Assembly: GCA_013239625.1 (NCBI GenBank)
Contig: MU053881.1
Span: 1,736,001 to 1,800,000, forward strand
Direction: 5' to 3'
Length of the DNA: 64,000 bases
Origin: Lama guanicoe
Taxonomy: Eukaryota
Below, one piece after another: positions 12,240-26,200 of this stretch. Each line of letters begins with the position of its first letter. Position 1 is the stretch's first letter. Both the position numbers and the translations under genes were made by a program. The notes beneath the pieces were generated by a model. It did no database searches, was not told the origin of the DNA, and was given only the letters and a program-made list of their open reading frames with translations.

Positions 12240-14060
12240 CTACTAGGATGGCCATCATCAAAAAGACAGGTAATAACAAGTGTTGGCGAGGATGTGGGGA
12301 AACTGGAACTCACACATTGCTGGTGGGCATGTGAAATGTTGCAGCTACTCTGAAAAATAGTTTGCCAGTTCCTCAAAAAGTCAAACAGAGAGGTACCATA
12401 AGACCCAGCACATAAAAAAGAATGAAGTAATGATTCAACAGGGATGAACTTTGAAAACCTGCGGAGTGAAAGAACATAAAAGACCACATGTTGTATGACT
12501 CCATTTATAGGAAGTGTCCAGAATAGGTAAGCCCATCAGGAGGAAGCAGCTTAGCGGTTGCCAGGGGCTGAGGGAGAAGGAGAAATGGAGTGATTATTAA
12601 TGGGCAGGGTTGTTTTTGGAGTGATGAGTATGTTCTGAAATTAGTGAGTGGTAATGACTGTACAATTATGTAAATATACTACAAACCACTAAACTGTACA
12701 CTTGAAAACAGTGAATTTTATTTTATTGTTCTCTTTTCCTGTTTTTTGTTTTTGTTTGTTTTCTAAAAATCTAGGTAAATTTTAATGTGAATTATAGCTC
12801 AGTTTAAAAAAAAAGGATATAAGAACCAGGGGTTACCTCTGGTCAAATCTAAGCCAATTTGATCATCAAAATAAATAATAATAGTAATGGAGTATAACCC
12901 ACTGAATAAAATAAGAATTTATGAGCATGAACTTAAATAAATAAATACATATATACATAAATACATAAATAAGGGAGATGGGAAAGCTTCTTTCTTTTTA
13001 AGAGAGGAGGAGATAATTAGATTTATTTATTAAATTTTTTTTTAATGGAGTTACTGGAGACTGAACCCAGGACCTCCCGCATACTAAGCAAGCACTCTAC
13101 CAATGAGCTACACCCTCCCTTCTTGAAAGCTTCTTTCTTACAGTTGAATGGCAACTAATAAATGTATAGGGAATGACAGAGCAGGAAAAATCACTGATAT
13201 TGCAACTTACTTCGTAATGCTTAATTCAGGCAAGAATTAATGGATGCTAAAACTGTGGGCTGAAGTTTGATAAAGCACAGGAAATTTATAATTTCAAAGT
13301 ACCTCCCCACAAATTACTTACGAATCAACTCTAAAGAAAAAACTATTAACTTTAGGGTACCGGAACCTGACAGACACTATCATAACCAAGTAACCAAACT
13401 TAACACCACCAGTAATGGAACAAATTGATACCTTGTACCTCCTGGTATGATGCACTGAGAAACGCAACAGTTCTGAAGGACTCCTGCCCCAAATGCAAAA
13501 AATGACTAGAAAACAGCAAACAAGTCCAAACCGAGAGCCATTCTGCAAAATCATGGCCTTAATGTTTCCAAAAATGTCAATGTCATGAAAGACAAAGGCA
13601 GGCAGAGAAAATGTCCCAGACTGAAAAAACTAAAGATTAGACATGAAAAACTAAATGCAGTATTTGATCTTGGATTGGATCCTGGACTGGGAAATAAAAT
13701 TAAAATGTTTTATGAAAATTACTGGATATTGGCAAATTAAAATATGAGCTAGATGTATTAGGTCATAGTATTATGCTAATGTTTAACTTCTTATTTTAAT
13801 AATTATACTGTGCTTATGTAAAAGAATGCCCTTGATCTTGGGAAAACCACACTAAGGGTTTAGGGACAAAGGAGTATGTACTTTCTAATGGTTTAAAAAG
13901 AATTAAGAATATGCAAGAGAATTAATAAAGCAAATAGGGCAACATACTAGCAGTTGATGAATCTGGGTGAAGGGTATCGATGTGAGCTCTTTACACTATT
14001 CTTGGAACTTTTCTGTAAATGCAAAATTATCTTAAAATGTCTTAAAAATTCAAAATAGAA
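12240..14060 (+). mobile_element. old L1M 3' fragments
   Basis: L1M-like motifs (acaagtgttggcgaggatgtgg, gtggtaatgactgtacaa, gaatctgggtgaagggtat); boundaries approximate. Confidence 0.7.
12997..13124 (-). mobile_element. tRNA-derived SINE (camelid Vic-1-like)
   Basis: A/B-box tRNA head; 15-bp target-site duplication gaaagcttctttctt at 12982-12996 and 13125-13139. Confidence 0.8.
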
Positions 14061-14292
14061 AAGCAAATTGAAAACAAAGTGTACATGAAAATAATCTCAG
14101 GTAGATGAATAATTTCTGATGGGCTTTTTGGAAATAGTTCAGACACTTCCATTATCCTCTTTCAAGGAGGCCTAGGGGCCCATGTGTCAATGTCCTAACC
14201 ATCATCCTTCCAGAACCCTGGCACCAAGTAGCCTTGGGGTCCCCGGGACCCTGAGGGAGGCAGGTGCGGGGCTCTCGTGCAGGGACACCCAC

Positions 14293-14431
14293 CTGCGCTG
14301 GCCAGCTCAGCCCGTAGCTGGCCTACGTGGTGCAGCAGCTCCTCCAGGCTCTGCTCACAGTGCTGCCCGTAGGTCAGGAACTTCTGTAGGACCTTGTCCA
14401 CCTCTCTCTCCACACTCGCGCACTGCTCCAT
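14293..14431 (-). CDS. RMND5B: CTLH/GID E3 ligase subunit RMND5B, coding exon 1
   Basis: strong Kozak GCCGCCATGG; MEQCASVEREVDKVLQKFLTYGQHCEQSLEELLHHVGQLRAELASA; exon starts at 14443 after ccccag|; donor |gtgggt. Confidence 0.97.
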
Positions 14432-14670
14432 GGCGGCCTCTGCCTGGGGGCACAGGTAGGGTGTCCACTGCATCAGGCCCCATCTGGGCCAGAGGGGCAC
14501 GGTGACAAGGGCTCCCAGATCCCCCTCACCATTCCCATATCGCACCTCAATGCTCAGAAATTCCCAGCCTAACATACCCGTGCCATCACCCCAGGGTGCC
14601 CATTGCAGGGTGCAGGCAGGTGTGAGGACAGGGGTTTTTTGAATCATGGTGAGAAAATTACTGTTTTCAG

Positions 14671-14815
14671 TTCTTTTCAATTTGTTTTGTTTTGTTTTTG
14701 GGGGGGTAGGAGGTAGTTAGGTTTGTTTGTTTATTTATTTACTGGAGGTACTGGCGATTGAACCCCAGACTTCGAGTATGCTAAGCACACACTCTACCAA
14801 TGAACTATACCCCAC
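14671..14815 (-). mobile_element. tRNA-derived SINE (Vic-1-like)
   Basis: same family head and tail as the other copies. Confidence 0.75.
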
Positions 14816-16887
14816 TCTCAACTCCTTTCATTAGAATCCTTGTTCCTCTCTTTTTATTTTTATTTATTTACTTTTTCCCCCTCTCCTTTTAATCAGAAGA
14901 GGGGGCAGGCCTTGCAGAGCCTTCAGCAAGCAATACTCTCTGTGCGATCCTATGTCACGTGCTTTCACACGTTCACTAGGGCCACCTTCTCCTCAGCGAG
15001 TGGAGCTGGTTTTCCACGCGCTACGGTGAGAGAAGCCGTGAAGGCGGTCCTCGAATGGCTGATGTTTGAAAGCGCAGTCTGAGGAACCAAGGCTGCTGGC
15101 AGTGGCCTGACCGGCCTCGCCCACCACTCCCGCCTCGGCCGCCCCGGTGCCTGTACACCGACGGGCGGCTTGTGTTCAGCCAGCAGGAACCTCTGCTCCC
15201 TCACAGCTCCGTGCCTTGGTACGCTCCTGACCACTTGAGAAGCCAGCTCATCCTTTGCGAGGCAGCTCAGAGGTCATCTCCTGCCTCTGTCCCCAGCCTG
15301 TTCCCGCCTGGCTCCCTCCACTCTCGCCTGGCAACCTTCTGTTTCAGTTCTAATCACTGGGTAATGATCTGGCCGAGGCCTGCCTCTCCCACCAGACTAG
15401 AACATCTCTTGCTGTAACACAACCTTCCCTCCTCATTTTACTGTTGAAAGTTCACTTCTCTCGTCCCAGCCTTCCCACCACTGAGGTCCCATGCCTAAGT
15501 CCCCTCCATCCCGGGCCACTGCTCCCCTCCATTTCAGAGCAGCCTTCTGCACTGAACACATGGACAATCCTCAGAATGCTGGGGACAGAGTTGATTTCAA
15601 GCCCCATCCTTCCATCTAAGACAGGATCTGAAGTGAGAGGCTCTGTCCCATGTCCCCTCAAACGTTCAAATCCAGCCAGCTGTTCATTCTCTCAAAGAGG
15701 GGTTCAGAGTAACATCACAAAGTGACCACCAGGATTCTCCCAGTTTCTCCAGTCTCTCCCCATTCCCCCAAGCACCGTCAGGCCGGACCTCATCATTTCG
15801 GCCCAGCCCGTAGCCACTGTCTCCTTATCAGACAGGGCCTTGAGATGTGTTTACGACCTTTCTCCTTATAATCGATGCTGTCACGCTAGAATTTGTAATC
15901 ATGGTGTCTAGAAGACTTGCCCCCTCTTCATGCCCTCTGAGGAAATGCCCTATAATGCATATGAGCCATTATGGGCAAAATATAACAGGGACACCTATCA
16001 GAAATAATAATATAGTTATTATTATTATTGCTATTATTAGTTAATATTTCATAAGGGCTTATTATGTGACAGGAACTGTTCTATTGACTTGGCATGCATC
16101 AACTAATTTACTTAATTCTTATAAAAACACTATGAGGTACGTACAATTACTAGACCCACTTTACAGACGAGAAAATAAAACTCAGAAAGATTAAATAAAT
16201 TGCCCAAGGTCACACAGCTGGGAAGTGGAGGACCTGGAACCGAAGCTGGGCAGTCAGGCTCCAGGCTCCAGAGCGCTTTTCTGAAACACTTCGCAACACA
16301 GTACTCTCTGGACCAGCCTAGCAGTCCACCACCTCACCAGGAAGGAAAGCAGCCAGTATTTATGGCTGGAGTGAGTATAGAGCAACAATTAAGGACGACA
16401 AGAAACAGGAAAGTAACCACAGAGCCTGTGAGATGATCAACTGGGAAAGACGGCAGCACAAAAGAATGTAATTTACCCAAAATAATCACAGCTCAAAAAA
16501 GGTCAGGACCTCACCACGGTCAAAAGTCTGGCCCTGTCAGACACCAACACCAGGACTATCAAAGGGAAGCCCAAGTCAGCATTTTGAAATTATGTTAAAA
16601 AGCTGAGGAAGGAGGTGGGTACAAGACTTTTCATCCCAGTGCTATGTGTTGCAGTAGGGAGTTGGACACAGCGTAGGGGCCTCATCACAGGGGGAAGTGG
16701 TAAGTCAGGAAGTACAAATGTAGGGGATGCATCTATGGAAACCTGGGTAGCACTGAGAAACCATGTTCCAGATACACCCACAGCAACATCTAAGATCCAA
16801 AACATGGCACTGAAGGGAAAAGACAAAACAAAATGAAGACCAGGCAGAATACCATTTACGTAGCTTAAAAATACATGCATATGCATA

Positions 16888-16996
16888 CAGTGGGTGGGAA
16901 AAGCTCAGTGGTAAAGTGCATGTTTACCATGCATGAAGTCCTGGGTTCAAGCCCCAGTACTTCCACTTAAATATATATATATATATATATATATAC
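16888..16996 (+). mobile_element. tRNA-derived SINE with (TA)n tail
   Basis: agctcagtggta...gtcctgggttcaagccccagtac followed by a (TA)n microsatellite at about 16972-16995. Confidence 0.7.
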
Positions 16997-18689
16997 ATGC
17001 AAATAAAAAACTGTGTACCAAAGACATTAGAGTGGTTTACTACGAGGGGTGGGGGTGCTGGTATAGGGGAGAGAGGACTGAGGATAAAAGGGAATATGCA
17101 AGTACATGCAAAGGAGAAAAAAAAAAAAGGTCTGCCTTTTGAATCATTTAAATGTACCAGGAAAGTGTGATCACCTCAATAAAATATTTTTAAATAAAAT
17201 AAATGAGATGGGAAAACAGAACTGATTTCAGGTATTCCATCTGAAAAGCCCAGGAGGCCAATTCACTGCGTACAGGGTGAGCCGCTCTGCCTTAACCACA
17301 GTCGGTCATCCTCACCAGGCACAAGGATGAATGAGTGTGTGAGTTTGTCTTCAGGATTAATCCAGTGGAATTTCATTTCCATTGTCCTAAGCTCTCCTTC
17401 CCAAGGCGTCACATGGACAGAAATTATCTACCAGGGTGATCACTCCAAAACAACACATCAGATCCTGTCACCCCCTTCACTCATCACTGCCATGGTTTGA
17501 CATATGAGCCCTTTGCAACTGTACATTCGCTTCCTCGGCACAAGCTGTTCCTGGGTCTAGCGTGCCCTCCACTCTTCTCTGCAAGGAGAACACAAGATGC
17601 AGTTTAATCATCAGCTCCCCCATGAAGCTCTCAATGAAATCTCCTCTGCTTCACAAACCAAACCTCTGTCGAGGCTGCCGTACCACACACATCTGAGTTC
17701 TCAGCACTGCGGCACAGTAACTGCCTACTCACACATCTGTCTCCTCCCACGAGTGTGAGCTGCTCAGGGCTGGAGTCCAATCTCATCCTCTCTCCCCTCA
17801 GTGCCCAGCCCAGCTCCTGGTCCATGGTGGGTGCATCCATTTCCTAACCCTTGGACCAGGAGGACTGAGCTCAAACCTGCCAGGGTTGGGCAGGAAGAGA
17901 CATGAGTGTAATATTAAAATCCCCACCAAGGCATACATAGGGGTGTTGTCCCCAGTCTTCAGCATCCTTTCTGGAGCCAGGGGGAAGAAGGGAACTTTGT
18001 GCAAATTATAGAAAGGTCCCTTTTGCTTGACACAGAACTGGACAGCCTCCAATGACCCAACACAATTTTTTGCACCCCGAGCCTCTATCCATTTTTCACC
18101 CTACACATCACTCCTCTGCTCAAAACCCAAAAGATTTCCATTGTACTTAGAATAAAATTCCCCTTTCTTGTAATGGCTTACAAGGCTCTACGTGAGTCAA
18201 CTCCCAATCACCTCTTCAACCTCATCACATACTGCTACCTTAATAGTCATATTCCAACCACACTAGCCTTCTTTCTATTTCTTGAACATAAGTTTATTTC
18301 TACCTCAGGGCTTTTGCACTGGCTGTTCCCTCTACCTGGAACACACTGCTCCCAGATTTCCCAATGGCCAGCTCCTTATTAGGGTCTCAAATGCAAACGT
18401 CGTTTCTTCAGAGATGCTCTCCTAGACCACAGTATCTAACGCTGACCCCTCCGCCCTACCCTACACCTGTCACCGTCACTATATTATATCACTCTGTTCC
18501 TTTTCTTCATTTCGCATCTTTACTTCAAGTTTCAAATCCTTCTTTTGTCATTAACCAAAACTGGAAGGAGTAAAAAGCCCACCACTCTTCATGGACTGCA
18601 GTCCCTACTGGGAGTTACAACTGCATTAACATGCAAATAACTGGCAAACTCCTACTCATCCTTCAAAAGACCTTAGTGGACTGCTCTGC

Positions 18690-19430
18690 CTGGCTCCCGC
18701 GTCCACAAGGAGTTACCTCGGACCGGGCCAGGTCGCACTGGGATGGGACGTCTGAGCTCCAGCGACTCCCACCGCACGGGCGGTTCCTCGTGAGTCCTGT
18801 GAGTCTGCGAGGGTCCAACTCGCGGCCCGGCCCGACGTCTGAGAGAAAACGAGCCCAGGGGAGGGCTGGTCGGGGGGCTCAGTCGCAGGACTTCGGAGGC
18901 AAGCCGGCGCCCGGCAGCCCGGCGAAGGAGCCGCCCAGCGCGCCGGTGCCGCCCGCCCAGCGCCCCGCCCTCGGGCCGCGCCCGGCAGCACCCACCTGGC
19001 CCCGCCCCCGGGCCCCGGCTTCCGGCGCCGCCTTCCTCGGAACCGGAAGCCGCGGCGGTTGCTCGGCGGCTCGGACTCTCCCACTCGCGGCCTCGCGGAG
19101 GGTTGGCCGAGCCTCCTCCTCCCGCGCGCCCGGAGTGGAGTCGCCCGCAGGATCCCGGCGGCTTCCGCCGGCCACCGCTCCCGCCGTCCCGGGGCTGCGC
19201 CGGGGCTCCCCCGGGCGCCCGAGGCTGTCGGCCCGCCCGGGGCTCCCGGGGCGGCGGGAAGGAATAGGGGCGACCCACTGGCTGGCCAGCGAGGGTGCGC
19301 GCGGCGGCTCGGCGTCCAGAAGCCCTGTGCCTCCCCCGCTCCCGCCCTCCACCTTCACTCAAAGTAAAGACCTTACGGAACGACACGAGGCTCGTGAGGG
19401 GTCAAGCAGTGGGGCTTTCCCTCGATGGTT
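18690..19430 (-). promoter_or_regulatory. CpG island / RMND5B promoter and first exon
   Basis: very CpG-rich; several CCGGAAG ETS motifs at 19019-19050; donor cag|gtgggt at 18995. Confidence 0.8.
18717..18838 (-). other. RMND5B: probable RMND5B non-coding exon 2 (5' UTR)
   Basis: acceptor ttttctctcag| and donor gag|gtaact; no AUG inside; lies in the CpG island. Confidence 0.65.
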
Positions 19431-21098
19431 CCTTGATGCTCTTTGGGAAACATCGAGTGATGTTTAAAAGAAAAGTCCCTTTTTTCTGCTCTAGCCCTGC
19501 TGCTCCCCTAAGCCCGTACATAATGCACTGGGCATTCAACAGGAGATTCAAATTCTGCTCAGAGGGACCCAGCCCCTACCCTCCTACCTTCCGTTAGTCG
19601 CCCTCCTTACGGAGTGCTGGGGGAGACGGGTGGCACAACTGTCCTAAGGAGGAATGGTAAAGGTTAGGAAGGAGGAGAGAGGAGGCAGTGACCCCAAACC
19701 CAAGCCAGGACTGAATTCACGATTCTCCCAGGCCCTCTTGCTCTGCAGGGAAGAGGCAGAGATGCTCCCTACTTCCTCTACAGGCTTCAAGGACTTGGAC
19801 TAGAAACAGCCCAAGAGAAAAAATAAAATAGCAAAACAAAACAAACAAACAAAGAAACAGTCCAAGAGACTCGGTCTCTTGTTTCCCTGACTTCCTGCAG
19901 CCTTTTAGGGCATTCTCCCTTCCCACTCTGCACGCCTCCTCCCCAAAACCCACAAAGCACCCTTGCACAACCTTGGTTTGTTTTCCGTACAGCACTTGCA
20001 CAACCCAGTCGTGTTTTCTTTATAACATTTGACTTTAAATTATCCTGAGCGTTTGTTTGTTTATTCTATCTTCCCGCCCCTAATCCCATCACGACTACCC
20101 ACTTTCAAGATAAAAGCTCCTCTGGGGCCAGGACTTTGTACTCATCATTGCTGTATCCCCGACACTATGCGCTTGGAACACAGTAGGTGCACAGAAATGA
20201 TCTGAAGTAGCCAATATCCTCCGCTCTTGAATGAGGAAACCGCGGCTCCAAAACCTGATGAAACACGCAAGGAAGAGGGCGGTCCACAGCCCCAAGAGGA
20301 GCCCGCGGGGGCATAGGAGCATCCCGGAGAAGCCTGTCTGTGCACCGTGAGCCTGGGTGGTCTTGGCCCCGGCCGGAGTCGTGGGGGCGGAGGGTTGAGT
20401 GAACCTTGCCTGGGGCCATAGGTCGGAAGCTGAGACTGCGTCCAAGCCAGCAGGACCTCACAGGCTTTCACCAACGCCCCAGCTTCCCCACTTCCTCTGG
20501 GGGTGCCCTGGCCTGCCTCAGAGCCACGCTGGTTGTGAGCAAAGCCCGGCAGCTGCAAGAACTTAGAATGCCCAGCTCACACGTGGGGCTCCTTCACCTC
20601 TGTCTGTCATTGTCTTCCTCAGTCCGTGGCTCTTACCTCTAGTTTTGTTACTTTGCAGAGTGCACCATGTTTTCTTACATTGTGGATTTTGTCAGCATTT
20701 CCTTGTTGGGCCTGTGTGGTTTGGTTTGGTTTAGTTTGTTGGAGGGTCGCAGCTTCAAAGCAGAACTTAGCTGTTCTCCACTAACTCAGTAATTGTCTAC
20801 TTCAGCTTCTGCTGGTTTTCTAGGATTTAATTTCTAAAGTTTAATTCCCACTGTGTGTCCATTTTATCTTGCAGGGGGTGGTGCAAAGTATGACTCTTTT
20901 TTCCCCCTACATTTTTGTCCAGTTGTCCCAGAACTGCTTATTAAATGATCTTCCCTTACCCTCTCATTTTGAAGCTCGTCATCATAACATTAAGATTTCC
21001 CACAGAATGAAATCTACTTCTTTCCATTGACGTGTATAGTTTTATTTTTACACCAATGTCATGGTGTTTTATTCACTACTTTGTAACATGCTCTAATA

Positions 21099-21743
21099 TG
21101 TGGTGGGATTAAACTCTGCTCACAAAAAGGACAAGAAAAACAAACACAGGGTTATTAAGGAAGCAGTTCACCGGTCGCCTGAGGGTGGGATGGAAGGGGT
21201 GAGTACAGGGGACACAGGGGAATTTGGGGGAATGAAGAAAATACAGGGAAGTGGGGTGCAAGAGGATGGCTGTGTCCCAGGTCTTGGTCAAGTCCCTGGG
21301 ATGTTCCCCATTAAGTTAGAGTCCATGGCTTCGTGCAGGAAGGAATTCAAGAGCGAGTCATAGTTCAGTAAAAGTAGACTTACTCAGAGAGATGCATACT
21401 CCATAGAGAGAGTGAGGTTCATCTCATTCAGAAGGGAAAGTGGCCACGAGGTTTTATGGGCTCCGTAACTTCGTATGCTAATCAGTGGGAGCATTATTCC
21501 AATTACTTTGGGGAAGGGGCTGGGAGTCCCTGGACCTGGGCCACCGCCCACTTTTTGGCCTTTTATAGTCAGCCTTGCAACTGTCATGGCACCTGCAGGA
21601 GTACTATTTCCCATGCTAATATATTACAATAAGCATATAATGAAGCTTAAGGTCTACTGGGAGTTGAATCTCCTGCCATCTTGGTGCAAATGGCTGTGTC
21701 CTTCTTTTAATGGTTGTGCCCTGCCCCCTTGCCTCCTGTCTCA
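21099..21743 (-). mobile_element. ERV-type LTR inserted in an old L1
   Basis: LTR-like text ending cctgtctca (TGAGACAGG on the minus strand); left boundary uncertain. Confidence 0.55.
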
Positions 21744-22287
21744 ATGGAGCTATTCTATTTGTTGACTGTAGGGTTGGCTTTACAATTGTCTGTCCTATCA
21801 AAGCAGTGAATTTTCCTGTATGGAAATTATACCTTAAACATGGCAGAGGGCAGAGAGGCCAGTACACAAAGAGCACACTAGATAAAAAGATAAGAAGGAA
21901 GAAAGGAGGAGGGAGGGAAAGAAGGAAGGAAGGAAGATTGGTTCTTGACAGAGAGGACAGGTCCCAGGGTGCTCTCCTGAAAATGTAGCCTTCCTTGCCT
22001 CCCAGAGCGCATCGAGGAAGGCCAAGCTTGGAAAAGATGGACCCTCCAGTGCTAGCTGGTGGGATGGGGGCAATGACAGGTGTGTGGAACCTGGAGCATC
22101 AGGGCTCAGCCTGTGGAGTTCAAGGTGCCGGCTCAGGCCCTGCACTTCCTTCCAATCTCCAGGTGGCTCCCAACCAGTCTCCTGTCTCCCTGTCTCAGTC
22201 CCTCCTTGCAAAGCTTTGGTTCAGGCCAGGAGAGGCTACATCATTTGTAGTTCCTCGAGTGAAATGAAAATCTAAGGCCCCTTATTC

Positions 22288-22416
22288 CTTTTTTCTTGGG
22301 TGGAGAGAGTAATTAGATTTATTTACCTATTTACTTTTTAAGTGCACTAGGGATTGAACCCAGGACCTCCTACATGCTAAGCACACACTATACACTGAGC
22401 TATACCTTCTGCCCCT
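22288..22416 (-). mobile_element. tRNA-derived SINE (Vic-1-like)
   Basis: gggattgaacccaggacctc...actgagctatacc. Confidence 0.75.
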
Positions 22417-22789
22417 TAAGGATCCTTGTTCAAACAGCATTAAGTTCAAGATGGTGGCAGCCAAGCATTGCACCAAGTCTCAAGCCATTCTGAGTGTGGG
22501 GCCCTGGGTGACTGCACAGGTCACACACAAAGTGGGTCCTGGTTCTGGCCCTTCCCATTGGCTGCCTGAAGGACCCACTCAGTCACAGGAGGTAAAGTCC
22601 TCCTGTGCCAGCTGACCAGGCTGTCCAGGATCTTTCTTGCCTCCTCTCACCCCTTTCCAGACGGGACCCTCCCCTAGACCCACCGCGTGCTTTCCCGTGA
22701 CCAAATCTCGGCCCACCTCGGGTTACCCACATCCCAGCCTGCTCCCGAGGTAATCTCTCCCAACTTCCCCTCCTCGGAGATTACCTCGG

Positions 22790-23245
22790 TTAAAGAAAAA
22801 AAAAATCATGACAATTGTTAAAGAGTGGTAAGGAAGCCTTTATTCAACGTGGCGGGCGGGGGGGGCTACTGGAATGGAGATTTATAGTAGGGACCAGAGA
22901 GTGGGCTCAACTCCAAATACAACAAAGAAAAGTAGAATTTATAGCCAAGGAACAGGGTTGGGGAGGTATCAGTAGATGGAAAATTACTAAGGGGAAACCT
23001 CAGAGGGCAGGGTTGGGGGATCTGGCTAAACAGATCCTCGATGAAGGCAGGCCAGAGTGATCAGACATCACGTGGGAGATGGTGGAGTCTGAGGAACCAG
23101 GGTAGATATGGAGGGTGATCGGATATGGAGAATGGGGGATTCTTGCTAGAACCGGACTGCATAAGGAAGGTCACAGGAGCCCAGGACACAGGAAGGCATA
23201 GTCAAAAAGAGAGCTCAGAAGTGGCTGACCAAAGTTTGGATAACC
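22790..23245. mobile_element. MER31-like ERV1 LTR
   Basis: recognised motifs ttaaagaaaaaa...gtaaggaagcctttattca, gggctcaactccaaataca, ggaaaattactaag, gtgatcagacatca. Confidence 0.65.
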
Positions 23246-26200
23246 CCCCCACCCTACTCATCACCTGGAGTACGAGCCAGCTGTCCTCTGGACTCCCATG
23301 GCACTCAAACCTCATCTCTCGTGACATATTCCACGTCTGTTTTTGTTGTAAGAAACAACACATTCTTATTCTTTTCTGAATCCAATACAGAGGGCTAGGC
23401 CCGCACCCACCAGAGTGGTGGGTGAGGTGAGGTGAGCTGAATCGTCACTGTGGGGCCTGCATCCTCTCTGGAAAATGGTTTCCTAATACCACAGCCCCTC
23501 AGTCTCAAAGAAGTGCACGCTCATCCCTCCGAGGCTCCCTCTGCCATCTCCATGTTCTGCTGATGGCTCACTGCCGCGGAGGTCCCCGGGGCGTCCCCAC
23601 GTCTGGGGGCCCAGGCACGACTGTGGATGTGTGTGTGTGATGTCTCCCGCCCCCACACTCTCCCTCCAGGAAGGGCCACGGGGGCGGATGCCTTGGCCAC
23701 CTCGGCTTCCTCCCTGAGGGAGGCTCAGTACATCACTGTGCAGTGAATGGCGACTGGCTGTGGCGCCCCGGTAGGTGCCTGGCACAGACCTGCTTCAGAC
23801 CAAGTGGCGCAAAAGGTGAATGAAGGCTCAGAGGTGAAGCCTTTGCACCTTCCCACCCCACCCCCACCCAGCTTGAACCCATGCCAGTCAGGGGAGGAGT
23901 CTGGTCCCTCTTGCTCCAAATGCCCCCCCCACCCCCATCACCGTGACTTCTGGGCTCAAACCAGAGCAGGCTCTGGGGATGAAAACAGAAGACCTGGCCC
24001 TGCCCCGGCCATGCCTGCAGCCCAGTGGAGACAGACCGACCATTCCAGCAGCACAGAAAGAGCTGGTGGAGAGACATGGGGGCTGCAGACACAGGGATGA
24101 GGGGATTGCCTGGACAGGGAGTGAGTTCAGGGAAGGCTTCCTGGAGGAGGCAAGATCTGAGCTCCATGAGGGCGTCCTGCCTGGAGAAGACAGGCCCAAA
24201 GGGCTGCTGGCATCAGGAGGGACACCACTATCAGGGACCCTGGAGGCCAGGCCGTCGCAGGCTTCAGTGACAGGCTAAGGGGCCCAGGGAGCCGCTGGAG
24301 GGCATGACACTATCTGAGCTAAGAACAGGAGGGGCCGAGGGCAGGGAGCCCAGTGCAGGGAGCTTGCCTCATTGCAGGAGAGAATCAGCTACTTGGGCCT
24401 AGTCTCCTGGGGGTGGGGGGTGGCTGAGGGTGGCTGGTGAGCTGAGGGGCTGCCAGGGGAAGGAGGAAGGGGCTGCCCCAAGCAGTAGCCACTGTGGTGG
24501 TGCCTGTGATCCGTTGGCCCCAGAGCCACCCAGCCGGCTTGGGGACATGGGGACGGGGAACTGGTTTGCCCAGCAGGGATGAGCTAACAAGGAGCTGGTT
24601 CCCTGAGACGCCCCAGCTTCGGCTCTCCTGAGCCCTCCCCCTACCTTTGGGCCTGGCCTTAGTTTCTGGCACAGCTGCCAAGTTTTGGTACCGCCCACCC
24701 ACTCCCCAGTGGCTGTACTGGCCGGCCCAGCTTCCTAATTGCTGGGTGGGGAGCTGTTCTGCAGAGCTGGGACACCAAAAGGTGGACCCTGGCCACTGTG
24801 GGGCACATGGGTACCCAGCCTGACTAGCTCCAGGCCATGGGGGGGCACCAGGCTTCCAGCCAGCACTGGGCTCTGGAGAGCCCTCTAGAGGAGTCATTGA
24901 CCCAGAAATGTCAGTTTGGAGGGGTGTGTGAAATCGGTGTCAAGGCCTGCTGGGGACAGGCTTGCCTAACTCAGGTGTTCCTCCCTACCCCCCCACGCAG
25001 AGGACCCCGGCTCAGAGGTGGGCCCAGATGGGTCTCAGCAAGACTCAGGGGTCTGTCCACCAGCTCCAGTCAAGCCTGGCCAGTGCAGAAAGGGGCTGGG
25101 GCTGATGGGTAAGAATGGGACAGAGGGAGAAGCCAGGAAGCAGCCCTCCTGGCCTCCAACCCAGGAGCCCCAAACACACCCCCTTAGACACACCCACCAC
25201 CCACAGCACATCTCCAGCGCACACACCTGCCACTCACAGGACATGAACACACCATCCCCACTGCAGACAACTCACACCCCCCATTCTCCGCCCTAAAAAG
25301 GCGGAGCGCACCGGCCCACACTCCACATCCCCATCTATACTCCTGCATGGCAACTCCACCACCTGGACCCCCCTGCTGGGGCCTCAGGGAGCTGCCAGGC
25401 CTGGCCTGGGAGGGGGCACAACCAGAGGGAGCAAACTGGGGGTTTCTGCAGAGAACTTCTCAGGGGTGGCCGCTGCCCCACCAGGGCAGGGCCTGGGTAG
25501 GGGGACATCTGTGTGCTGGCTCCTCTGGGGCAGGATGTACATCTAATTCAACTCTGCGCCCCTATGCCCCGAGGGCCTAACACAGCACCTGGCAAACAGG
25601 AAGCGCTCAATGCGTGGCAACATTTACAGTGATGCAGCTGTAAGGACACAGAGCTTCACAGCAAGGGGTGGGGAGACGCCACCAGCATAGCCAGACTGGA
25701 TCTGTGCTCCAGGCCACCCACCCAGGAGGGAGCAAAGGCTCAGAGAGAAGGGCAGATGTCTGAGAGGCCAAGGGTGGGAGCAGGTTTTAGGGGGCCAAGG
25801 ATCAGCCTTGGCTAAGAGAAAGGGCTAGGGGTATGGGTGGGGCTGCTTCCTCCCAGGACAGAGATTTCCAGAATACAAATCAGATAGTATCTCTCTAGAA
25901 TATCCCATTGTCCCCCATCCCTACAGGGAAATGTTCAAATTCCCCACTGTGGCACAGGCCCTTTACCAAGTGACCTACAAGCTTTCTCTGCTTGTCTCCT
26001 GCACCTTCCCAGGGCCCTCCCTCTGGAGGGAGGGGTGCATAAACCAGATAGAAAGGTGGGAGGTACATCCTGGGAGGGGCAGGGCGCTACCAGAGCCTTA
26101 AGTTGCCCCAGCGGAAGCTGTCTTAGGCTGACCCCAAATCCAGCGGGCCCAGGCACTCAGGGCCCAGACTTCCCACCAAGAGGATGTTTCATGCTCTAGC

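Noticed and set aside
18631..19467. 278-aa and 237-aa ORFs over the RMND5B promoter
   Set aside because: Pro/Gly/Arg/Ala low-complexity ORFs caused by stop-codon depletion in a CpG island, open in several frames at once
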